A stretch of DNA of 34,208 bases. It comes from a virus. Taxonomy: Duplodnaviria; Heunggongvirae; Uroviricota; Caudoviricetes. Position numbers and translations under genes: made by a program. The stretch lies in IMG/VR virus record IMGVR_UViG_2778261511_000013. One strand, given 5' to 3'. The notes below the pieces were generated by a model. That model had not been told where the DNA came from, did not search any database, and saw nothing but the letters and a program-made list of their open reading frames with translations. Shown here piece after piece: positions 28,314 to 34,208 of the stretch (the stretch's first letter is position 1; each line of letters begins with the position of its first letter).

Positions 28314-29690
28314 TCATACGTCAGCCCCTTGTGCATATCGCCTGCCACGTGCAGCGGGTGCATTTGATGTTGTGCAAATCTGTCTGGCTTCATCCTGGTC
28401 ACATGCAACAAAGTGTCCGTTACAGAACCGCTGGTAAACCGTACCAAGCGAGCCAAAACGGTTTTTTGTCACAATGATTTCAGCAAATGGCGCGGCGCTA
28501 CTGTTCTCGTCATATACCGCTTCCCTATAGAGCATGATGATTGAGTCTGCGTCCTGTTCAATGCTTCCTGAATCACGCAAATCTGCGTTTGTCGGGCGTT
28601 TGTTTGGTCGCTTCTCAACATCGCGTGAAAGCTGACTCAGGGAGATAACAGGCGTTTTCAGGTCTTTCGCCATCGCCTTCAGGCTTCCTGAGATGTGAGC
28701 AATTGCGAGGTCGTTGCGATCTGCTTTCGGCTTCTCAATCAGGCCAAGATAATCCGCCATGATGAGTGACAGGTTTGGATTTTCCTGTTTGTGCCGTTCT
28801 GCGATTGAGCGTATTTCTTCGACCGATAACCGCGAGGCATCGACTACCCATACATCCAAATCTGCAAGCTGACTCATGCCGTTAGCAACGCGCGCCCAGC
28901 CTTCGTCATCCATCGATGCAGGATTTCGCAGCACGCTAACCGACATCCTCCCGGCGTTGGCAATACTTCGCTCTGCAATCTGCAATGCGCTCATTTCCAT
29001 CGAGAAAATCAATACTCCGCGCCGGACGTCAGAACCAGGAATAACACGACTTGCAACGCCTTCGGCAATCTTCAGCGCCAGTTCGGTTTTCCCCATACCA
29101 GGACGAGCAGCGATTATCACCAGGTCTTCCGCGTTCATCCCTCCGGTGATGGCATCAAGTTCTTCGATTCCGGTCTTCAGGGTATCTGACTCTTCTCCGT
29201 TCCTCAGACGCCTGTCAAGCGTGTCAGTGTAGTCGGTGATGATTTCCCCTAACCGTACAGGTTTTACCTCGTCACGTGGCTTTCTGATGGCTGAAAGACG
29301 CTTTACCAGCTCGTCCATCGCCTGACTCGATGTATCGATGGTTCCGTTCTGAATTGGTTCACGCATTTCATCCATGATTTCCAGCACCAGGCGGCGGTGA
29401 TAGTTATCCGCGACCATTCCGGCATATCCCTTCAGGTTTGCGGCACTCGGGCAGTTTTTGCTGGTCATCAGGATTGACGTGAAATGCTCCTCTCCGCACG
29501 CCTCGGCAACCATCAGCGCGTCGATTAGGTTTCTGTTTCTCGCCTGCTTGCGGATAACCTCGAAGGCTTTCCGGTAGAGCGGAATTGAAAACGCTTCCGG
29601 CTCCAGCGTTGCCAGAACGTCGCTGGCGGTTGGTGTTAATCCACCAATCAGCAGGCCACCGATAACGCTCGCTTCGATATCCTGTTTCAT
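28314..29690 (-). CDS. DnaB-family replicative helicase (P22 gp12-type)
   Basis: 458 aa; Walker A ..[12 protein letters not shown].., RecA-like C-terminal domain; follows the O-like initiator. Confidence 0.8.
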   Translation of the reverse strand: MKQDIEASVIGGLLIGGLTPTASDVLATLEPEAFSIPLYRKAFEVIRKQARNRNLIDALMVAEACGEEHFTSILMTSKNCPSAANLKGYAGMVADNYHRRLVLEIMDEMREPIQNGTIDTSSQAMDELVKRLSAIRKPRDEVKPVRLGEIITDYTDTLDRRLRNGEESDTLKTGIEELDAITGGMNAEDLVIIAARPGMGKTELALKIAEGVASRVIPGSDVRRGVLIFSMEMSALQIAERSIANAGRMSVSVLRNPASMDDEGWARVANGMSQLADLDVWVVDASRLSVEEIRSIAERHKQENPNLSLIMADYLGLIEKPKADRNDLAIAHISGSLKAMAKDLKTPVISLSQLSRDVEKRPNKRPTNADLRDSGSIEQDADSIIMLYREAVYDENSSAAPFAEIIVTKNRFGSLGTVYQRFCNGHFVACDQDEARQICTTSNAPAARGRRYAQGADV

Positions 29691-30508
29691 GCAATCCCCC
29701 TGTCTGCAAACTTCCCTTCCCGTACCCCCGTTAACGAGTCATCCCTCAGCAGGTAATCAAAATCGGCCGTCCAGCCCGTGTCGTTGTCTCCGAAGTAAAA
29801 CGGCTTGGCCTGATGCACAAACGCCCTGACATACGCTCTGAAACCGTCCACGTTTGGCGTTTTCAGTTGCGGAATGATTTTCTTCAGGCGGCGTTTTCGT
29901 TTCTCGTTGACCGCAACAGCGTGTGGAAGTCTGTCACCGACTTCGGTGTTGTAGGCGTTCAGGAAGGATTCGTAGTCGATTCGTTCTGCCTTGCGACGTT
30001 CAGGTTTAACCTGCCAATCGCCGCCCCCGTTAGGGGGTAAGGGGGTATTTGTATTTATTGTCTTTTGTATATTGTCTTTTGTGTTTAGCTGACTTGGCTT
30101 ATACCCATTAGCCGACTTGGCTAATGTTTTATTAGCTGTTTTAGCTAATGTTAAGCTGTCCTGGCTAATCCACTGAGAAACCACCTTGTTCACTCCGATT
30201 TTCACGCCATCAGCAATGAGGAATTTACGCTCAATAAGCTGGCGCTTGGCAGCGCAAACATGAGTGTGATGAATACCTGTCATGGCTGCTATCTGCGTGT
30301 TTGTGAGTCGATCCATCGGCTTATTGAATCCGTATGTCTTGCGCATGATAGCGAGCATCACCTTCAACTGCCGGACGGTTAAATCAGCCATCAGCAGACT
30401 GTCGGTAATCTCGTTAGCAACGCGCATGAAACCATCTTCGGTATCTGCCACGCGATGCTCCACGACCTCCAGTTGAGGCCTGTAATCAGCTAACTTAACG
30501 ACGCCCAT
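29687..30508 (-). CDS. replication initiator (lambda O / P22 gp18-like) with internal origin
   Basis: 273 aa; N-terminal O-like HTH region; ori iterons and AT-rich tract lie inside the coding sequence (repeat [15 protein letters not shown] in the protein). Confidence 0.7.
   Translation of the reverse strand: MGVVKLADYRPQLEVVEHRVADTEDGFMRVANEITDSLLMADLTVRQLKVMLAIMRKTYGFNKPMDRLTNTQIAAMTGIHHTHVCAAKRQLIERKFLIADGVKIGVNKVVSQWISQDSLTLAKTANKTLAKSANGYKPSQLNTKDNIQKTINTNTPLPPNGGGDWQVKPERRKAERIDYESFLNAYNTEVGDRLPHAVAVNEKRKRRLKKIIPQLKTPNVDGFRAYVRAFVHQAKPFYFGDNDTGWTADFDYLLRDDSLTGVREGKFADRGIA
30046..30171. repeat. replication origin: four about 20-bp iterons (30085-30171) plus adjacent AT-rich tract (30046-30085)
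   Basis: TTAGCTGACTTGGCTTATAC / TTAGCCGACTTGGCTAATGT / TTAGCTGTTTTAGCTAATGT / TAAGCTGTCCTGGCTAATCC, then TATTTGTATTTATTGTCTTTTGTATATTGTCTTTTG; same layout as ori-lambda. Confidence 0.75.
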
Positions 30509-30656
30509 GTTTCACTCCTGCTTTGGCTAGTCTGTAAACACCAACAAGGCGCTCTGCGAACGCCCTATTATTTGCTGCGGCTACCACTAATCCCTCAGGT
30601 GAATCAGGGTGTCGAATCTCTTCTTTTTCCTGGTATTTCTTACGACGTTTTGTCAT
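30489..30656 (-). CDS. small basic protein (55 aa) between cII and the O-like gene
   Basis: ATG at 30656 with SD AGGAG 6 nt upstream; [53 protein letters not shown]; 3' end overlaps the O-like start. Confidence 0.4.
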
Positions 30657-30690
30657 AATTACTCCTGTGGATTGATCCAGTCTTTCTACA

Positions 30691-30972
30691 TCAGGCCTCG
30701 AAGAATTCGCCGTTCTTCGGGGCTTTTTCTTTTGTCAGGTAATCGGCAAGCCGCTTAGTCAATTCAGCCATTTCATCGTCTTCGATTCCGTATTCCAGAA
30801 CAGCAAGCATCATGCTTACCTGCGAGAAGAAACCATTCTTCCATCGGCTTACCTGATATTCAGGAACCCCCATTGCTCGAGCGAATGTCTTCTGCCCCAT
30901 CAGTGCCAGTTTGTTCAGCAAGGCTGACTCGATGCGAGCCGCTTTCTTGCTTTTAGTTGCAATAGTACCCAT
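30691..30972 (-). CDS. cII: CII-like transcriptional activator
   Basis: 93 aa; ..ARIESALLNKLALMG..QVSRWK..FSQVSMMLAVLEYG.. parallels lambda CII; position after cro/nutR. Confidence 0.75.
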   Translation of the reverse strand: MGTIATKSKKAARIESALLNKLALMGQKTFARAMGVPEYQVSRWKNGFFSQVSMMLAVLEYGIEDDEMAELTKRLADYLTKEKAPKNGEFFEA

Positions 30973-31048
30973 AGATAATTTCCTTAATAATTAGATAGAG
31001 TTGGCTTCGCAAAGAAACGCAAAACCATAGAGATTTGTTTCTGGTAAT

Positions 31049-31080
31049 GCCCTTTTTCAGGGCGGGGATGTGTAAGAGCG
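31049..31080 (-). promoter_or_regulatory. nutR (boxA CGCTCTTAC + boxB GCCCTGAAAAAGGGC)
   Basis: Minus strand reads CGCTCTTACACATCCCCGCCCTGAAAAAGGGC just downstream of cro; near-identical to lambda nutR as recalled. Confidence 0.85.
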
Positions 31081-31088
31081 TTAATAAC

Positions 31089-31319
31089 TTAAGCGGACAT
31101 TAATTCAGGCCAGATGCTTTCCCAATCAACCGGATGAAGGTCTTTGCGAGTCACTTCACCATTGCTGAACTTCTCAATCAGAACACAAAGTGCTGCGCCC
31201 AATTCATGATTACGGCTAAGTGCTTTCCTCAAATAGCCGATAGAAGTTCCGCACTTGGTGGCAAATTCTCTCTGCTCTTCCAGTGAAAGGGAGTTCAGAT
31301 ACAAGCGGAGTTCTTCCAT
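31089..31319 (-). CDS. cro: Cro-like repressor (HTH)
   Basis: 76 aa; SD GGAAGGAG; divergent from cI across the operator region; ..CGTSIGYLRKALS.. HTH-like. Confidence 0.7.
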   Translation of the reverse strand: MEELRLYLNSLSLEEQREFATKCGTSIGYLRKALSRNHELGAALCVLIEKFSNGEVTRKDLHPVDWESIWPELMSA

Positions 31320-31329
31320 TTGCTATCTC

Positions 31330-31427
31330 CTTCCCGTTGTTGAATAAGATGAGTTTACCTGTAGGTAAAAAGCAAATCAATACCCATAGGTTATTTACCG
31401 GCAGGTAATCAAAGATAGAATTAAATC
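31330..31427. promoter_or_regulatory. oR/pR/pRM region: three 16-bp operator dyads TTTACCnnnnGGTAAA and divergent promoters
   Basis: Operators at 31354-31369 (TTTACCTGTAGGTAAA), about 31378-31393 (ATACCCATAGGTTAT) and 31394-31409 (TTTACCGGCAGGTAAT); pR -35 TTGATT / -10 TAAACT on the minus strand; pRM -10 TAGAAT (31416-31421) 6 nt before the cI ATG (leaderless-like). Confidence 0.65.
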
Positions 31428-32114
31428 ATGGATAAATACGAACAAAGACGACTAAGGCTGATAGAGATAAGAGACCGATTCTGTAATGGAAAGGCCTCAG
31501 AGTTGGCTCGTCGAATAGAAAGGGAACCATCATACGTTTCCAGAATGCTGTATCCGGAAGGAAAAAGCGGAAAAAAACGCATTGCTGACGATATGATGGA
31601 ACTAATTGAAAAATCTTTTAATCTCCCACGCGGATGGATGGACATGCTTGCAGATGGTAAAGCTGGAGCTACGGACCATCTTGAGTTTGCGGGTAACGTT
31701 CGTGCGGGTTTTGTTCCGGTAATTGGTGAAGCCGTTTTGGGAGTTGATGGCTCAGTGGATATGATTGAATTCAGATCCGGTTGGTTAAGCATCTACAGCG
31801 GCGATAAAGATGCTTACGGTCTGAAGGTTAAGGGTGACAGCATGTGGCCAAGGATTCAGTCAGGAGAATATGTTGTTATTGAACCAAATACGCCAGTACA
31901 TCCAGGTGATGAAGTCTTTGTAAGGACCAAAGACGGTCACAACATGATAAAGATCATGAACAAAACAAGAGACGGTGATTATCAGTTTAGTAGCATAAAC
32001 AGTGATCACCGCCCAATCACTCTTCCTGTTGAAGAAGTTGATAAAATGCATTTTGTTTCAGCTATTGTGAAACACACCAGGTACGTAGACCAGGACGATC
32101 TGCCAAAAGTTTGA
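31428..32114 (+). CDS. cI: CI-type prophage repressor (HTH + LexA/S24 autocleavage domain), not lambda immunity
   Basis: 228 aa; C-terminal ..GDSMWP..(S).. and ..GDEVFVRTKDGHNMIKI.. (Ser-Lys dyad domain); divergent to cro across the operators. Confidence 0.8.
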   Translation: MDKYEQRRLRLIEIRDRFCNGKASELARRIEREPSYVSRMLYPEGKSGKKRIADDMMELIEKSFNLPRGWMDMLADGKAGATDHLEFAGNVRAGFVPVIGEAVLGVDGSVDMIEFRSGWLSIYSGDKDAYGLKVKGDSMWPRIQSGEYVVIEPNTPVHPGDEVFVRTKDGHNMIKIMNKTRDGDYQFSSINSDHRPITLPVEEVDKMHFVSAIVKHTRYVDQDDLPKV

Positions 32115-32128
32115 GGATAAAGCAGCAA

Positions 32129-32425
32129 ATGTTTATACCCGGCATAGTAGTCGCTGTTGTAATCATCTGCTTCATATGGGCAAAGTTATCTCCTGTAAGC
32201 TCTAAGCATACAGCTGAACTCATGAGGAAGAAGAATCTTATACATGAGGCAGAATCGATAATTAAAAAGTTCAAAGGCATGTCATACGACGACATGTCAT
32301 CAGAGCAGATTGCTATGTATAAATGCGCCATTGAGCGCCTTGACTACTTAAACGGACTCAAACCAAAACACACCCCAGTAGAATCAAAATTGCCGCAATG
32401 GCCAAGCAATCCAAATAGCTTCTGA
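32129..32425 (+). CDS. small single-pass membrane protein in the cI operon (rex/sie position), unknown function
   Basis: ATG at 32129 with SD GAGGA; MFIPGIVVAVVIICFIWAKL.. N-terminal TM then a charged about 75-aa domain; followed by a terminator. Confidence 0.55.
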   Translation: MFIPGIVVAVVIICFIWAKLSPVSSKHTAELMRKKNLIHEAESIIKKFKGMSYDDMSSEQIAMYKCAIERLDYLNGLKPKHTPVESKLPQWPSNPNSF

Positions 32426-32435
32426 CATCTCCTTT

Positions 32436-32460
32436 CAGCCCGCAAAGCGGGCTTTTTTAT
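32436..32460 (+). terminator. rho-independent terminator ending the cI operon
   Basis: CAGCCCGC-AAA-GCGGGCT followed by TTTTTTAT. Confidence 0.8.
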
Positions 32461-32477
32461 ATCAATAAAAAAATTAA

Positions 32478-32600
32478 TTACCTGAAAATTCAAGCAGGTA
32501 AACTCTCACATCAATTTTATTTACCCATGGGTATAGACATGAGTTTTACCTGTAGGTATATTTTAAGCCATCAGAAGGACGCACTGACCACCATGAAGGT
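32478..32600. promoter_or_regulatory. oL/pL region with operator dyads
   Basis: TTTACCCATGGGTATA (32520-32535) and TTTACCTGTAGGTATA (32545-32560), plus a degenerate TTACCTG..CAGGTAA element at 32478-32501; immediately upstream of nutL and N. Confidence 0.55.
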
Positions 32601-32602
32601 GA

Positions 32603-32633
32603 CGCTCTTAAAAATTAAGCCCTGAAGAAGGGC
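32603..32633 (+). promoter_or_regulatory. nutL (boxA CGCTCTTA + boxB GCCCTGAAGAAGGGC)
   Basis: Matches lambda nutL as recalled; correct position upstream of N. Confidence 0.85.
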
Positions 32634-32805
32634 AGCATTCAAAGCAGAAGGCTTTGGGGTGTGGTGAAGGGTTCATGGATGGGAATATGTCGCACGTAAA
32701 GCGGCGAGGCCTGCGGAACTATTGCCGAATTGAAGTCGGCCGAAGCAGGTCGAAATGGGTCTCCCACCTACCACACCACCAAAGCTAACTGACAGGAGAA
32801 TCCAG

Positions 32806-33132
32806 ATGGATGCACAAACACGCCGCCGCGAACGTCGCGCAGAGAAACAGGCTCAATGGAAAGCAGCAAATCCCCTGTTGGTTGGGGTAAGCGCAAAACC
32901 AGTTAACCGCCCTATTCTCTCGCTGAATCGCAAACCGAAATCACGAGTAGAAAGCGCACTGAATCCGATAGACCTTACAGTGCTGGCTGAATACCACGAA
33001 CAGATTGAAAGCAACCTGCAACGTATTGAGCGCAAGAATCAGCGCACATGGTACAGCAAGCCACGCAGTGAAATGGGTGTGACTTGTGTTGGTCGCCAGA
33101 AAATGAAATTAGGCAGCAAACCACTTATTTGA
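32806..33132 (+). CDS. N: antiterminator N (lambda-type)
   Basis: MDAQTRRRERRAEKQAQWKAANPLLVGVSAKPVNRPILSLNRKPKSRVESALNPIDLTVLAEYH.. matches lambda N including the Arg-rich motif; the ORF-track start at 32755 is an upstream extension. Confidence 0.9.
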   Translation: MDAQTRRRERRAEKQAQWKAANPLLVGVSAKPVNRPILSLNRKPKSRVESALNPIDLTVLAEYHEQIESNLQRIERKNQRTWYSKPRSEMGVTCVGRQKMKLGSKPLI

Positions 33133-33140
33133 GGTGATAT

Positions 33141-33227
33141 ATGGAAGAAGAATTTGAAGAGTTCGAAGAGCATCCTCAGGATGTGATGGAACAATACCAG
33201 GACTATCCGTATGACTACGACTATTGA
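33141..33227 (+). CDS. tiny acidic ORF (28 aa), MEEEFEEFEEHPQDVMEQYQDYPYDYDY
   Basis: ATG 8 nt after the N stop with SD GAGGTGA; extremely acidic and aromatic; may correspond to the small ORF annotated downstream of N in lambda. Confidence 0.4.
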   Translation: MEEEFEEFEEHPQDVMEQYQDYPYDYDY

Positions 33228-33299
33228 TAAAAATCAATGGTGTGGACAATACGAACGACGGCAATGATTTCCAGAGAACTTGGTAAACAGAACAACAAG

Positions 33300-33325
33300 G
33301 CTGCCTGATGGCAGCTTTTATTTTT
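33300..33325 (+). terminator. tL1-like rho-independent terminator
   Basis: GCTGCC-TGAT-GGCAGC followed by TTTTATTTTT. Confidence 0.75.
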
Positions 33326-33444
33326 GCCATAAAAAACAGAATAAACACTGCTCTGTGTATTCATTCCAACGAGTGAATACACGGAGCAATGTCGCTCGTA
33401 ACTAAACAGGAGCCGACTTGTTCTGATTATTGGAAATCTTCTTT

Positions 33445-33472
33445 GCCCTCCAGTGTGAGGGCGATTTTTTAT
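33445..33472 (+). terminator. second rho-independent terminator before ea10
   Basis: GCCCTC-CAGTGT-GAGGGC followed by GATTTTTTAT. Confidence 0.7.
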
Positions 33473-33490
33473 CTATGAGGATATGAATAG

Positions 33491-33859
33491 ATGTCAAACA
33501 TCAAAAAATACATCATTGATTACGACTGGAAAGCATCAATAGAAATTGAAATCGACCATAACGTAATGACAGAGGAAAAACTTCACCAGATTAATAATTT
33601 CTGGTCAGACTCTGAATACCGACTCAATAAACACGGCTCTGTATTAAATGCTGTATTAATCATGCTGGCGCAACATGCTCTGCTTATAGCAATTTCAAGC
33701 GACTTAAATGCATATGGTGTTGTGTGTGAGTTCGACTGGAATGATGGAAATGGTCAGGAAGGATGGCCTCCAATGGATGGTAGCGAAGGAATAAGAATTA
33801 CCGATATCGATACATCAGGAATATTTGATTCAGATGATATGACTATCAAAGCCGCCTGA
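33491..33859 (+). CDS. ea10: Ea10-like early protein
   Basis: 122 aa, same length and position (N-side of cIII) as lambda ea10; SD GAGGA. Confidence 0.55.
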   Translation: MSNIKKYIIDYDWKASIEIEIDHNVMTEEKLHQINNFWSDSEYRLNKHGSVLNAVLIMLAQHALLIAISSDLNAYGVVCEFDWNDGNGQEGWPPMDGSEGIRITDIDTSGIFDSDDMTIKAA

Positions 33860-33931
33860 GCGCAGCGTTACCGCATACCAATAACGCTTCACTCGAGGCG
33901 TTTTTCGTTATGTATAAATAAGGAGCACACC

Positions 33932-34096
33932 ATGCAATATGCCATTGCAGGGTGGCCTGTTGCTGGCTGCCCTTCCGAATCTTTACTTGAACGAATCACC
34001 CGTAAATTACGTGACGGATGGAAACGCCTTATCGACATACTTAATCAGCCAGGAGTCCCAAAGAATGGATCAAACACTTATGGCTATCCAGACTAA
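33932..34096 (+). CDS. cIII: CIII (FtsH inhibitor)
   Basis: 54 aa by hand translation: MQYAIAGWPVAGCPSESLLERITRKLRDGWKRLIDILNQPGVPKNGSNTYGYPD; SD AAGGAG; matches lambda CIII as recalled. Confidence 0.8.
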   Translation: MQYAIAGWPVAGCPSESLLERITRKLRDGWKRLIDILNQPGVPKNGSNTYGYPD

Positions 34097-34208
34097 ATTC
34101 ACTATCGCCACTTTTATTGGCGATGAAAAGATGTTTCGTGAAGCCGTCGACGCTTATAAAAAATGGATATTAATGCTGAAACTGAGATCAAGCAAAAGCA
34201 TTCACTAA
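34065..34208 (+). CDS. kil: Kil (host-killing / FtsZ inhibitor)
   Basis: 47 aa MDQTLMAIQTKFTIATFIGDEKMFREAVDAYKKWILMLKLRSSKSIH overlapping the cIII 3' end, as in lambda; stop at the window edge. Confidence 0.65.
   Translation: MDQTLMAIQTKFTIATFIGDEKMFREAVDAYKKWILMLKLRSSKSIH

Noticed and set aside
30085-30171. Direct repeats as a possible CRISPR array
   Set aside because: Only four degenerate about 20-bp repeats with no unique spacers, inside the O-like gene next to an AT-rich tract; these are ori iterons.
31421-31792. - strand 123-aa ORF
   Set aside because: Antisense to the cI repressor gene.
32755-32805. N-terminal extension of N from the ORF-track start
   Set aside because: Lambda N starts at MDAQTRRRE (32806); the extension would run through nutL.
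33109-33348. - strand 79-aa ORF
   Set aside because: Antisense across the N stop and the tL1-like terminator; hydrophobic shadow frame.
1-34208. Integrase, attachment sites, IS elements or transposases
   Set aside because: None seen; the window is internal to the prophage, and int/xis and both att sites would lie outside it.

Overview
This window is an internal ~34 kb slice of a temperate lambdoid prophage from an enterobacterium (E. coli/Shigella-like), lying in reverse orientation so that nearly all genes are on the minus strand. No search or computation was possible: identities come from motif recognition and recall of lambda, Mu and P22 proteins, and composition remarks are by eye. Left to right: (1) a truncated DNA-invertase N-terminus fused in frame to a GNAT-like domain; (2) an invertible tail-fibre switch with two fibre C-terminal cassettes, two Tfa genes and two hix/gix-like crossover sites; (3) a Mu/P2-type contractile-tail module (baseplate, tape measure, frameshifted chaperone, tube, sheath) interrupted by an AT-rich three-gene moron with its own terminator; (4) a head module with capsid, protease/scaffold, MuF-like protein, portal and terminase; (5) an AT-rich 182-aa cargo gene transcribed divergently from the terminase; (6) a lysis cassette with lambda S and R but non-lambda Rz/Rz1; (7) two tRNA(-like) genes and a Q-type antiterminator with a pR'/tR'-like pair; (8) a lambda-like nin region (phosphatase, NinG/F/E/D/B) carrying an orphan N6-adenine methyltransferase; (9) a P22-type replication module (DnaB-like helicase, O-like initiator with internal ori iterons); (10) cII, nutR, cro, oR, a heteroimmune cI, a small cI-operon membrane protein, oL/nutL, lambda N, ea10, cIII and kil. 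No rRNA, CRISPR array, integrase or transposase was seen. The best candidates for an undescribed system are the tail-embedded moron (5938-7050) and the divergent 182-aa gene (22317-22865).
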